A stretch of DNA of 64,000 bases from a virus (lineage: Duplodnaviria > Caudoviricetes): positions 1-64,000 of IMG/VR virus record IMGVR_UViG_3300025868_000002, one strand, 5' to 3'. How positions within the stretch are numbered: position 1 is the stretch's first letter; each line of letters opens with the position of its first letter. The notes below the pieces were generated by a model. The model was not told the origin of the DNA. It saw only the letters and a list, made by a program, of their open reading frames with translations, and made no database searches. The position numbers and the translations under genes are program-made. Positions 33,079 through 42,535 of the stretch are shown piece after piece.

Positions 33079-33405
33079 TTAAAATTTTATTACATTTTTA
33101 TGACTGCTTGCAGTTTTGCGACTAGGCGAATAACCAGAACTAGCATTTCCTCGTTGCTTCGCTATGTAAGAAGAAAACCAAGCATCAAATTTTTCATCAT
33201 CTTCAATAACCTGTTCTGAAGGGGCCTCGCTATACGGCAAAGAAAAAGCCCAATCATAGGTTTGCAACCAATGCAATAGCCACAATTGAGCATAGGAAAG
33301 ATCTGATGCTATCTCAACAGGAAACATTGAAATTCCACAGCGGCTACTTTCTCGCCATCGTAATTGAACAAATTTATTACGAGCTAGTCGCCTAAGTGTA
33401 AAAAA
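33079..33405 (-). CDS. Tail assembly chaperone T segment (C-terminal part of GT, reached by -1 frameshift)
   Basis: The -1 frame is open from the slippery site (TLRRLARNKFVQLRWRESSRCGIS) into MFPVEIASD; sits immediately upstream of the TMP. Confidence 0.8.
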   Translation of the reverse strand, partial: FFTLRRLARNKFVQLRWRESSRCGISMFPVEIASDLSYAQLWLLHWLQTYDWAFSLPYSEAPSEQVIEDDEKFDAWFSSYIAKQRGNASSGYSPSRKTASSHKNVIKF

Positions 33406-34043
33406 TCAGAAATACCTTCTCCCGACCAAAAATATTTAGCATCCATTAGTATAGTCTCAAATTTCTTAAGATCAGTTTCTTGCTCTATACATTCACGACT
33501 ATTGTATAAGGGAAGTTCATTTCCTGATTCATCAATGGCAAAAACACAATTTAATAACATATATATTGTTCTTTCTGTTTCAGCAATTGCTTCAACAGAA
33601 GTGTTTGTCAAAGAGCCTAACTGCATAACCATATTAGTTTTCTCTGCCCTATATTGAGAAATCTGATTTTGAATTTTATTTTTTTTGTCTTTTACTTTTA
33701 CTTTTTTTAATTCTTCTTTTGCGTCAACAATTAAAATATCAAGTTCAACAAGTCGCTTTTCATCATTTTTAGTCCATATCCCTCTTTTTTCTGCGCGTAA
33801 AAGCAATTCTTTTGCAGTCAAATAATCGTCATCCTGGAGCAATTTATTATAGTTCTTTGCGTACAAAGCTTCTGCTATTTGCTTTTGGGTTACAGAGGGC
33901 AACTTATACTTAACTGTTAATGCAAAGCCATTTTTATCTTCAGTGTAAGTCTCAACTTTAGTACCGTTAACAATTATATTTAAGATATTTTCATCTTTTT
34001 TTAAGTCTTCCTGCTCAGAAAGCATTTCAGTTGTATCCTTCAT
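33384..34043 (-). CDS. Tail assembly chaperone G
   Basis: Between tail tube and TMP; RBS AGGAGG; charged helical protein with a slippery site at its end. Confidence 0.8.
   Translation of the reverse strand: MKDTTEMLSEQEDLKKDENILNIIVNGTKVETYTEDKNGFALTVKYKLPSVTQKQIAEALYAKNYNKLLQDDDYLTAKELLLRAEKRGIWTKNDEKRLVELDILIVDAKEELKKVKVKDKKNKIQNQISQYRAEKTNMVMQLGSLTNTSVEAIAETERTIYMLLNCVFAIDESGNELPLYNSRECIEQETDLKKFETILMDAKYFWSGEGISDFLHLGD
33399..33405 (-). other. -1 ribosomal frameshift heptamer T TTT TTA
   Basis: ...GAT TTT TTA CAC..., five codons before the G stop; canonical X XXY YYZ. Confidence 0.8.
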
Positions 34044-34054
34044 ACCATCCTCCT

Positions 34055-34081
34055 AAAATAGGGGGCCAAAGCAGGCCCCCT
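34055..34081 (-). terminator. Intrinsic terminator after the tail tube gene
   Basis: AGGGGGCC-TGCTTT-GGCCCCCT followed by ATTTT on the minus strand. Confidence 0.75.
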
Positions 34082-34087
34082 TAGTTC

Positions 34088-35410
34088 CTATCTACCAACC
34101 AACCCGGTTCCAATATAATCTGCACTATTAAACTGTAAATCAAATGTCTGTGCACCACGACCAGGTACATCCCGAGAATCACTAACAGACGTAACTTTAC
34201 CGCCTAAGAATCTTATAGATTTCAGCAAAGTACTTTGTGCATGAAGCAAATAATCTTTAGTATTAAAAACATCAATACGTAACCCAATATTACTCATACT
34301 CTGGAAGTCAGAAAGCGATAATGTTGTAACATCTGATGCACTTGTATTCCACTCGTTGAATTTTCCGGCTACCATAGCCCACATCTCAAGGTCAGAATCA
34401 TTAACAGTAATTGTAGCTGTAATACTTGTGCTATTAAGACCCTTATAATATGTGCCTGTATAAATCTGTTTCAAGTCCTCTCTGTCAAACGAGATTTCGT
34501 AATCGACAGATTGAACTCTGAGCATTTTGTAATCAACAGATCCAGTAACACCGGGTATAGGCTCAGTGGAGACTTGTGTAGTATCCCACATTATAATTTC
34601 AAGTTCACCCTCTTTGACACCACCAACGTTAGACGCAACATCCTGCCCAATTGTGGGGAAAACAGGAGTATTGGAAACCCAGATGTAACGGAATCTGCCA
34701 GAAGGACCAAAACTATATCCATTCTCCCCTGTGATATCACCAGTGGCATTTTGACCCCAGTATGTATCACTAAGTAGGACACCATCTTCTGTTAAGTAGG
34801 CAACACTACCATCAGTATGTGTTACATCAAGATGACCAGCGGGACCGCTTACAAGGTCAGGGATACCAATTCTTGCCCCAGCCCAAACATTAAGGAACCA
34901 TCGCTGTGAAGCCCCAGAAATCGAAACTGATTCTGTAGCAAAACCATCAACCTGGTAAGTACCTGAAATGCTGTCAATAAAGCAGTTATTAAACCACAAT
35001 GCCCTAGAAGACGCTGTTGCAGATTCAGATTCCTTAATAGAAACCAAGAAGTCTGTGGCGACATCACCAAAAGTGGTATGACTAATAGTTCCATCGTTGC
35101 TGTTGGTATTATCAGCATTCAGAACACCGTCTGCATACAAAGCAGTATCTGCGTGAGAAGGGTAAGAATGATACCCCGATAATTGGTTCAATATATTAAT
35201 AGAGCCAAACTCGTTTAAATCAATTGTTATGGACACAGAAGGATCTGAATCCACAACTTCAACTATGTTTGCATCTGTAAGCTGATTAACTTCTTCAGAG
35301 TTTAAGTCACCTGTATAGCCAAGTGACTGTACACGTTGGCAAACATACTCTTCAGCAAGTAATGCTGCTTGTGGATGCCTAATTTCATTAGGTTTATTTC
35401 CGTAACTCAC
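34088..35410 (-). CDS. Major tail tube protein with internal domain duplication
   Basis: Synteny (neck, tube, terminator, G/GT, TMP); repeated RVQS...E..Q...TI..N(E/D) segments. Confidence 0.75.
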   Translation of the reverse strand: MSYGNKPNEIRHPQAALLAEEYVCQRVQSLGYTGDLNSEEVNQLTDANIVEVVDSDPSVSITIDLNEFGSINILNQLSGYHSYPSHADTALYADGVLNADNTNSNDGTISHTTFGDVATDFLVSIKESESATASSRALWFNNCFIDSISGTYQVDGFATESVSISGASQRWFLNVWAGARIGIPDLVSGPAGHLDVTHTDGSVAYLTEDGVLLSDTYWGQNATGDITGENGYSFGPSGRFRYIWVSNTPVFPTIGQDVASNVGGVKEGELEIIMWDTTQVSTEPIPGVTGSVDYKMLRVQSVDYEISFDREDLKQIYTGTYYKGLNSTSITATITVNDSDLEMWAMVAGKFNEWNTSASDVTTLSLSDFQSMSNIGLRIDVFNTKDYLLHAQSTLLKSIRFLGGKVTSVSDSRDVPGRGAQTFDLQFNSADYIGTGLVGR

Positions 35411-35430
35411 TAGTAGCCTCCTTAGCCAAG

Positions 35431-36003
35431 TTATCTTAGCGTAAAGGTATTATCGTATTCAGCCACCGCATCACAAGTGACTTCTATTGAAAACTTCTTC
35501 GAAAGATCTGTTTCTACAAAAACATTATATAACCTTGTTGATATAACATCCTCACATGTAATAACACCAATTAAGGCATTATTGTTAACGTTGTAATTTA
35601 TAATAGGAATCGGATTCTTTTCAAGCACAGACGTTATAAAATCGCATAAGTTAATATTTTGTGCCTTATTTTCAGCGGCGATAACAAAAGACAGTGTATA
35701 TATTTTCCTCTTAGAATTTGTGCCTAATTCTATTGATTCTGCGGTGTCCGATACTATATCATAGGATATAATGGGCAAAACCATTTGCGTTCTGTAATCT
35801 GTATAATCCTGCTTTCTAACTACCCTTTTTGTCTCTAAATCATCAATCCAAGCAAACCCAGAAACAAAATTTACGGGTGTTGTGCCGTCCGGCCTGTACA
35901 CTATATCATACCCATATTCAGAGAGTATATTGCTAAAATACCAACCTATTGATATCTCAACCAATAAATCAATCCCATATTGTGTGGAATCAAATAATTG
36001 CAT
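35431..36003 (-). CDS. Tail terminator/completion protein (putative)
   Basis: LPIISYDIV...ELG...YTLSFVIAA pattern and synteny. Confidence 0.55.
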   Translation of the reverse strand: MQLFDSTQYGIDLLVEISIGWYFSNILSEYGYDIVYRPDGTTPVNFVSGFAWIDDLETKRVVRKQDYTDYRTQMVLPIISYDIVSDTAESIELGTNSKRKIYTLSFVIAAENKAQNINLCDFITSVLEKNPIPIINYNVNNNALIGVITCEDVISTRLYNVFVETDLSKKFSIEVTCDAVAEYDNTFTLR

Positions 36004-36815
36004 TACCGAAACCTCGTTTTTTTAGCGATTACGCTCCTGACACCATTAATAACAGACTCTTTAAAAATATATTTATCCTGCTTATATATTTTTCTATTTG
36101 TATCTAGCATAAAATAAATACCAGCCGCTTTTCTTTGATCCCTTGCCACCCAAGTAACAGCGTGAGAATAATGCCACCGTGAAAAACCGTCGTTTACTGT
36201 AGTATACCTCATTGCAGTTGGAGACGAAATTTGATACTGTGCCCTCTTACCAAACTCAAATAATCGCCATAAAGAATATTTGGGGTTTAGCTTTGATGTT
36301 TGTCCTATTTTTTTTATAGTTATTTTCTTACTTGGAGCTGTTGCAAATCCGGATGTGTTATGGTATTGTCTAAACTTACTGTCTAATACGGACAAGTTTG
36401 TCATACTATCCATACGATTAATATTACCAGTTCGCATTATAACGGATTTTATGCCATGCCTTCTAAACATTGTGACAGGCTTTGGACCAAGGGTATAATT
36501 TTTAAACTTATCAGATTTTGTAATGGCGCTTAAAACAGTTTTTACCCTATTAGAAGAAGAAGTATATACACTTTTAACCCTTGCACGTTCACCAGCCTGT
36601 ATTTTTTCAACTGGTTTGTGACTTTCTGCTTCTATTAAAAGATCCCTCTGTATTGCTACCGCAAGTTTATCTGCTTCTTTATAAATATCCTTCATATCCA
36701 AAACAAGATAAAATATATTTCTTCCGCCAACCCTATGACGTGTTTTTCCAACTGGAACTAAGTTAACCATCTGTATTGTTGTCCCCAAATATAATTGTAT
36801 TATGCGAGCCGACAA
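36003..36815 (-). CDS. Basic neck/tail-completion protein (putative)
   Basis: Lys/Arg-rich, LWRLFEFG motif reminiscent of HK97 gp10-like proteins; synteny. Confidence 0.45.
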   Translation of the reverse strand: MSARIIQLYLGTTIQMVNLVPVGKTRHRVGGRNIFYLVLDMKDIYKEADKLAVAIQRDLLIEAESHKPVEKIQAGERARVKSVYTSSSNRVKTVLSAITKSDKFKNYTLGPKPVTMFRRHGIKSVIMRTGNINRMDSMTNLSVLDSKFRQYHNTSGFATAPSKKITIKKIGQTSKLNPKYSLWRLFEFGKRAQYQISSPTAMRYTTVNDGFSRWHYSHAVTWVARDQRKAAGIYFMLDTNRKIYKQDKYIFKESVINGVRSVIAKKTRFR

Positions 36816-36999
36816 CTCTTGACAACCTATTAATTTGGTTTAAAACTGTATCACGAACTATATCTTTTTTATCTGGAGTTAAATCCTCGTAATTTGTGTA
36901 TTTCTCTATAATTAACATAATCTTACTAATTGATCTATTAGTCTCTAAATCTAAATAATTTTTATTTCCCCCAAATGAAAATTCCCTTTGTGAACGCAT
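36763..36999 (-). CDS. Small hypothetical protein
   Basis: RBS AGGAG upstream; lies in the neck cluster. Confidence 0.5.
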   Translation of the reverse strand: MRSQREFSFGGNKNYLDLETNRSISKIMLIIEKYTNYEDLTPDKKDIVRDTVLNQINRLSRVVGSHNTIIFGDNNTDG

Positions 37000-37017
37000 A
37001 ACTTATCTCCTATATGC

Positions 37018-37479
37018 CTAATTTTTCTTAGAAATTATAACTCGTACCTGATAAAATAAAGAAGAAAAATCAATCGAAAGTATTTCAAAATGTTCGTCAT
37101 CTATAATGACTTCTTTTGAATACTTAAAACAATTATCGTTAAAATAATGGGATGTTGTAGAATCACTAATACTAGCGTGCAAAACATATTTTTGATAATT
37201 AAAGTCTCCAGCTTTTGATTCTTCCAATGAATTAATACCCATCGCAGCCTCGGAAGCATAGTCAACTTTTGCACAAGGCACAACCTCATAAACTAATGTT
37301 TCTATATAGCCTTTATTATTACAACTAACACAATAATAAGGAGGAGAATTTAACATAGAAAATTCGTTATATTTTCCGAGGCAGGTGCAATCACTTTTTA
37401 TAGGTGGAAGTAACACAGTTGTATCATACTGTTTTATATATTTATACCGTAAATTATTTAAATAATTACCGTAATCCAT
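37018..37479 (-). CDS. Head-closure/stopper protein (putative)
   Basis: CxC...CxxCxxxG motif and synteny after the adaptor. Confidence 0.5.
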   Translation of the reverse strand: MDYGNYLNNLRYKYIKQYDTTVLLPPIKSDCTCLGKYNEFSMLNSPPYYCVSCNNKGYIETLVYEVVPCAKVDYASEAAMGINSLEESKAGDFNYQKYVLHASISDSTTSHYFNDNCFKYSKEVIIDDEHFEILSIDFSSLFYQVRVIISKKN

Positions 37480-37928
37480 TATAAGGTATCCCTAGCATAT
37501 AAATCAACCTCATACCCACCAACTCTTTGCATATTATATGCTAATATTTTTTGGTTTAGTATTCTCTTAATTTCTTTTTGTTCTTTATATACTGTACTTA
37601 ATAGTGTTTTTGTGTCTACCCTCTCAGAACCTAGCCCTATAGAAATTCCTATTCCTTCTGTGATTAACCTATTACCATAATTACTAAATATTGTGTATAT
37701 AGTCGCATATTTTATAACTTCCCAAAAGTAGTTGTTACCTATTTCGTTTATTGTGTAATCCCATATAGAAGTGCCGTCGGTAATAATGGCATTCACATTT
37801 AATAAGCTGCTATACCGTTTTATTGCTATTTTAGCAAATGTGTTTATTTCATTATCAGTGTATGATGTTGAATCTATAAGCTCATAACGAATCTCTCCAA
37901 TAAAATTATCAGGCAAATTGGTAGCCAT
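37479..37928 (-). CDS. Head-tail adaptor protein (putative)
   Basis: IRYELID...YTDNEI pattern; position after the capsid genes. Confidence 0.5.
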   Translation of the reverse strand: MATNLPDNFIGEIRYELIDSTSYTDNEINTFAKIAIKRYSSLLNVNAIITDGTSIWDYTINEIGNNYFWEVIKYATIYTIFSNYGNRLITEGIGISIGLGSERVDTKTLLSTVYKEQKEIKRILNQKILAYNMQRVGGYEVDLYARDTL

Positions 37929-37935
37929 TATATAC

Positions 37936-38472
37936 CTACTTATCTAATTCATCCGAATCATCTGCAATATTTATTTTTTTGCTTAAGTTAGCCTTAGATA
38001 TTTTGGTTGTACCTTTGTTATTATTTTTTTTAATTTTATTTAAAGATTCCATAAATCTCATAATAGAATCACTTTTATCAGATTCAATACCGATATCTTT
38101 TCTTGACTGTAAAAATTGGGAAAAAATAACTTTTTCTGCGGAATTCAGCGATAAAGCAAATTCTTTAATTGATTGCTCATCTTGAACAAAAGCGGTTATC
38201 ATTTCGTTTTCAGTTAATTCATTAACAGTGTTAGAAATTTTAACTTGCCCATCAATAATACTTATTGTGTCATTTAATTTTATGAAACGGCCAAAACCTG
38301 GCCTATTCTTATAAGCAACAAATTCTGTCCAGGTAATTTGGGCTGTTTCGCCAGGTTTTAATAATGTACATTTGCCATCAGCGCGTTCTAACGATAGCAT
38401 ACCATTAGATATATTATCAACTAAAACAGCCGCATATGGATCTTTAACGTATGTCCCTCTCTTTGAACTCAT
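37936..38472 (-). CDS. Hypothetical head-module protein
   Basis: RBS AAGGAGG; follows the capsid terminator. Confidence 0.6.
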   Translation of the reverse strand: MSSKRGTYVKDPYAAVLVDNISNGMLSLERADGKCTLLKPGETAQITWTEFVAYKNRPGFGRFIKLNDTISIIDGQVKISNTVNELTENEMITAFVQDEQSIKEFALSLNSAEKVIFSQFLQSRKDIGIESDKSDSIMRFMESLNKIKKNNNKGTTKISKANLSKKINIADDSDELDK

Positions 38473-38492
38473 AAATTCATCCTCCTTAACCT

Positions 38493-38533
38493 AAAAAATT
38501 GAGGCACCAGACAACAAAATCTGATGCCTCAAT
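38493..38533 (-). terminator. Intrinsic terminator after the major capsid gene
   Basis: ATTGAGGCATCAGA-TTTTGTTG-TCTGGTGCCTCAAT (14 bp including one G-U) then TTTTT. Confidence 0.85.
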
Positions 38534-38542
38534 ATTGTTTCA

Positions 38543-39511
38543 TTAGTACAGCCGTAACTTGAAAGCACCCTTCGGCTGCCAAATAGCAGCGGCGTACTTA
38601 TGATCTGCCGTTATGTACTGAACTTTTCTGGAGTCATCGTCCCAAGTACCGGCCTCAAGACCGCGAAGTTGAGCCAATTCCCCAAGGCCACTACCAAGAA
38701 CAAACACAGAATTTTCGTCCGTGGGGGCAATCCCATATTTCTTATCAGCAACAGCCGGTAACCTAACAACATTAGCACCACGGTATGTCCCAATAAATCC
38801 TGTGCGCCAATAGTCTAACTTTTGGCGTTCAGGCATAATATTCTGGAATGTGGTAAATTTAGTGATGGGGTTAACCTTAGTCGGGTGACCGATAACCGAG
38901 TATACACCGCCACCTTCGGATTCCATCATATCAATGGCGTAATCCAAGGCGGCTTCTGTAAGCGACCCACCACTAAGACGAATCAGGTTGTCATTGCCAG
39001 ATCCGCCAGTAACATCAGTCATTGTAATCCCGTCAACACAGGCAGCCCAAACAGTATTAATCTTCAGGTGCAGCAATGCATTAGCAATACCTTCTCGCAT
39101 AAGATTAATACTATCATATGTGCCAAGCTCAAGATCCTCTTTAAGCATTTCAATGGTAACATGGTCATACCTACGCGGAACAGGAATGCTAACGATTTCG
39201 TTGTCAATCCTGACTGCCTCTTTATGACCACCAGATGTTACAGTCCTAGCCTCAAATCCAACGACATCCCTAAACTTAATGTTTGTCGTACTGGCAGGGT
39301 ATGTTCTCTGTTCCAACATCAGTGGAGTGGGATCAACCAGGGTAACAAGATCTTCTGCCATTTTAACAATTTCAGAAGCAAAAGCGTATCTGTCCCCGGC
39401 ACTCGCGGGGTTTTTCCAATCAATATTTTTCATCATGTCAAGCAGAGCAGCGTCATCTTCTGGAGACGCTAATCGTTGTGACAATTCTCTCGGGATTAAA
39501 TTAGCAGCCAC
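38543..39511 (-). CDS. Major capsid protein (HK97 fold)
   Basis: Strong RBS AAGGAGG, followed by a terminator; size and synteny; TGFIGTYRGANVVRLP-type C-terminal motif. Confidence 0.82.
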   Translation of the reverse strand: MAANLIPRELSQRLASPEDDAALLDMMKNIDWKNPASAGDRYAFASEIVKMAEDLVTLVDPTPLMLEQRTYPASTTNIKFRDVVGFEARTVTSGGHKEAVRIDNEIVSIPVPRRYDHVTIEMLKEDLELGTYDSINLMREGIANALLHLKINTVWAACVDGITMTDVTGGSGNDNLIRLSGGSLTEAALDYAIDMMESEGGGVYSVIGHPTKVNPITKFTTFQNIMPERQKLDYWRTGFIGTYRGANVVRLPAVADKKYGIAPTDENSVFVLGSGLGELAQLRGLEAGTWDDDSRKVQYITADHKYAAAIWQPKGAFKLRLY

Positions 39512-39541
39512 TATGTAGCCTCCTTATATTATCTTGCGTCA

Positions 39542-40087
39542 TTACACAAGCTCAACAGTAACCCAATCACCCTTTAACTCTATAAATCGAGCGCGGGCAA
39601 CAACATTAGTGGTTGCTGTGGTTAATTGGCCATAATCAGTGAAATACAGGGCGGTACCGTAAGCCACCGAACTCCAAGTAATATCAGGAGCCATAAGGCC
39701 AATCTTAATACCTGATGCATTGGTGTAATCAGTGCCAACATATTCCTGAATTCTAATTCCAGGTAACATCTTAAGGCCAATTATACCCTCTCCATCAGTA
39801 ATATACTCAGATGACAGGCTATTATGGGCAAAATAATCGTCCTCATTCGGCCATTTATAGCCAAGATAAAACATCTGAATTGTGCTAGATGCATCGGCAG
39901 AAGTAGCAATCTGCTTTAACTTCCTGTGACTCTGTACATACACAACACCTTCCGCACTTGTTGTATCCGCCGTATCCTCAACGCAACCAGCGAATTGCCA
40001 CACAGTACCAGATGCCAAATATTCGCCCTGGTGTGCCCAACTGGGGGCATGTAAAACACTTGTCTTATTCATGTGTCCTCCGATCAA
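39542..40087 (-). CDS. Capsid decoration/cement protein (putative)
   Basis: Between protease/scaffold and MCP; YGTALYFTDYGQL motif typical of decoration proteins. Confidence 0.6.
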   Translation of the reverse strand: MIGGHMNKTSVLHAPSWAHQGEYLASGTVWQFAGCVEDTADTTSAEGVVYVQSHRKLKQIATSADASSTIQMFYLGYKWPNEDDYFAHNSLSSEYITDGEGIIGLKMLPGIRIQEYVGTDYTNASGIKIGLMAPDITWSSVAYGTALYFTDYGQLTTATTNVVARARFIELKGDWVTVELV

Positions 40088-40094
40088 TCAATAA

Positions 40095-41849
40095 TTATTC
40101 GTAAGTATTCAGAGCGTCAATCTTGTCTTTCCAGGCTTTTCTAGTTTTTGCAATAGACGTATCACCAGAAACAGTGTAACCTGTGTCTGTTTTCTTTGAC
40201 GCTTGAACTGTTTTATCCACATTATCTTTTGTGGATGTTTCGCCTGTTTTAATATCGGTTATAGAAGATTCTCCTTTGGCTTCCTTAGAAGCAACAACGG
40301 TTTTCTTCATAATAGAAACTGTGAAAGCTAACTGATCATCATCCAATGTCTTAGCATGGGAAATAAATGAGTCAATCTCATCAGCATCTTTAAATTCATA
40401 GCCAGAATCTTTAAGCTCTATTATAGCGTCAGTAGCCCGCTTTTCAATCTGAATAGCCGCAACAGCTTCTTCTGCCTCGCTAAGGGCCTTACCAGACTTT
40501 TCAAGTGACTCGCTTAATTTTAAGACCTCTTCTTCAAGCTCTTTGTTTTTATCTGTCAATTCATCTAACGAAGCTTCAAAAGCCTCTCTTTCATCTGAAA
40601 TAAGGTCACTAACCTTTGCCTCTAAAAGGGCATTAAATTCAGAACTAGCAACCATATCTTCAACAGAATTAAAATTTAATTCCATTCTCTTTCCTCCATT
40701 ATTGGTTGGAAGTTTATTACTTCCTTGTTTTTCGCCGTTTTTTTGCAGACTTGCATTTGTAGAATTTAGATCTTTACGGTTCTCATATGTATTAACACTC
40801 GATTTAGATTTTTGTGCGTTTTTCCCACCTTCTAAATCTGTAACATCTAAAGACACACAATCTTTCCCGGCAGGTGTTAATGTGTATGCCCCACCAATAA
40901 AAGTAATATTACGCAGTATTCTACTAAATGTTTCTGTTGCAAATCTCATTAATAAGTGGTCACAATAAGGATCTCCAGGCAAAAAATCTTTTCCACATGA
41001 AGAACATTGTACACCACCTATTGCCAATTCAAAAGAATATCTGAGCATACCCTCCTCATTACGATTTTTTAACATTTCTGCTTCTCTAGGAAATCTCTCC
41101 TTAAACACATAAGCCTTTGCCCTTACAGCAACTTTACCACCAGTTTTTACTATTTTTACGGTTCCTGGTTTATTTGTTGGCTTTATCCTTACTAATTGGG
41201 AATCATAAAAGATACCTTTTATGGCATCCGGGATGTGCTCCTCAACCAATGGCATACCAATTAATGTTAAGTATGACTTTTTAAGTTCTTCACCCAAAAT
41301 CTGATCTTTGTTTCTATTAATACCTTCAGCAACTAAAATTAAATCTAAATATAATAAGTCAGATCTAGCAGGGGTATATTTAAGAGAAGTGTTTGATCCG
41401 GCATAAACAAGCTTATCAACTTCATTCTTAAAATTACGTTCAAAAAAATCTAATTCCCTACTTGATTCGGAATCTAATTTGTCATAAACTTTTGTGCTGA
41501 CAGCGTCTAGTTTCATTGTGCTTAAATCTTCACTTGCAATTATGGAAGCAGCATTCTTAATCTGCTTCTTTGCTTCTTCAACTTTAAGAATACGATCAGC
41601 ACTATATAGAATTGATTCTACCATATTAGAAAATTCCTGCTTATTTTTCTTTCTGTACACATTTCCGTGTTTCTTAAATATTGAGGAAAATGCAGACTCA
41701 GACAGCTTATTTACCAAAGTGGGGTTACTAGATAATCCTTTAAATTTATCAGTTTCTGATAAAACATGCATAACTGACTTTCTTATTGAATCCATAGCTG
41801 CCGCTTTATCAACAACTGACTGCCTATTTTTTGTTAAAGATTTTTTCAT
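40095..41849 (-). CDS. Prohead protease fused to coiled-coil scaffold
   Basis: LVAEGINRNKD, GMPLVEEH, YSFEL, CSSC...CDHL, FIGGA...PA, then an acidic coiled coil. Confidence 0.75.
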   Translation of the reverse strand: MKKSLTKNRQSVVDKAAAMDSIRKSVMHVLSETDKFKGLSSNPTLVNKLSESAFSSIFKKHGNVYRKKNKQEFSNMVESILYSADRILKVEEAKKQIKNAASIIASEDLSTMKLDAVSTKVYDKLDSESSRELDFFERNFKNEVDKLVYAGSNTSLKYTPARSDLLYLDLILVAEGINRNKDQILGEELKKSYLTLIGMPLVEEHIPDAIKGIFYDSQLVRIKPTNKPGTVKIVKTGGKVAVRAKAYVFKERFPREAEMLKNRNEEGMLRYSFELAIGGVQCSSCGKDFLPGDPYCDHLLMRFATETFSRILRNITFIGGAYTLTPAGKDCVSLDVTDLEGGKNAQKSKSSVNTYENRKDLNSTNASLQKNGEKQGSNKLPTNNGGKRMELNFNSVEDMVASSEFNALLEAKVSDLISDEREAFEASLDELTDKNKELEEEVLKLSESLEKSGKALSEAEEAVAAIQIEKRATDAIIELKDSGYEFKDADEIDSFISHAKTLDDDQLAFTVSIMKKTVVASKEAKGESSITDIKTGETSTKDNVDKTVQASKKTDTGYTVSGDTSIAKTRKAWKDKIDALNTYE

Positions 41850-42360
41850 ACAACGCCCCTAATCGTGTAAATAATGGTGGTTTAGCTATAACTATTAATT
41901 CTGACTCTTTGATAAATTTTATGCTGTGGGTTTTACCCTTTCTTATTAAAGCAGAGTCACCGGAATATAACTTTTTCTCTGTAAATGATTTCTTACCACG
42001 ACCTTCTATCTTTAATAGCACATCACCGGATAAACAATATATTAACTCATTAGAGCTTATATGTGAATGTTTAAATACTTTACTGCCCGGTTTATTACAC
42101 ACAATATGGAAGAAATCGTATCCTTTTTTTGCGTTATGTTCGATTAATCGTATATAAACAGACTCATCTGCAAGAAATTCCTTATTAGTGTCAAACCGCC
42201 TAGTACCAAATAATTTAGAGACAAACTTGTCTTCCTTACTAATATCACTTCTTAATATTTTATTTTCCAGGATAGCTATCCTAGTATTGTACCTAAACTC
42301 AGAAATTCTGTGTGCCATTATTAAAAATCCATAAAAAAGTAGTATGTAAAAAAGAGTCAC
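41824..42360 (-). CDS. Cupin-domain protein with hydrophobic N-terminus
   Basis: HSHISSNELIYCLSGDV...GDSALIRKGKTHSI cupin motifs; likely GTG start at 42360 (ORF track starts at 42423). Confidence 0.7.
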   Translation of the reverse strand: MTLFYILLFYGFLIMAHRISEFRYNTRIAILENKILRSDISKEDKFVSKLFGTRRFDTNKEFLADESVYIRLIEHNAKKGYDFFHIVCNKPGSKVFKHSHISSNELIYCLSGDVLLKIEGRGKKSFTEKKLYSGDSALIRKGKTHSIKFIKESELIVIAKPPLFTRLGALYEKIFNKK

Positions 42361-42361
42361 G

Positions 42362-42523
42362 TTAATCACCTTCCCTCTTCTTTTCCAGCAAAATACCCAA
42401 AACCTTGTAAACAGCGGAGACAAGTCTATCTAATTTTTTATTTACTGTTGTAAGCAAATAAACAGACACCACAATTGGAAAGCCAACCTGAGAAATTAGT
42501 TGTGTAATACTGTCATGCATCAT
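42362..42523 (-). CDS. YvrJ-like small membrane protein (53 aa, absent from the ORF track)
   Basis: Translated by hand: MMHDSITQLISQVGFPIVVSVYLLTTVNKKLDRLVSAVYKVLGILLEKKREGD; VGFPI.V..YLL....KLD.L is the YvrJ pattern. Confidence 0.7.
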   Translation of the reverse strand: MMHDSITQLISQVGFPIVVSVYLLTTVNKKLDRLVSAVYKVLGILLEKKREGD

Positions 42524-42535
42524 TTCAATCTTTCA

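Noticed and set aside
38822-39472. 216-aa + strand ORF, and similar + strand ORFs across 12-50 kb
   Set aside because: Antisense shadows of well-supported minus-strand genes; no RBS or motifs.
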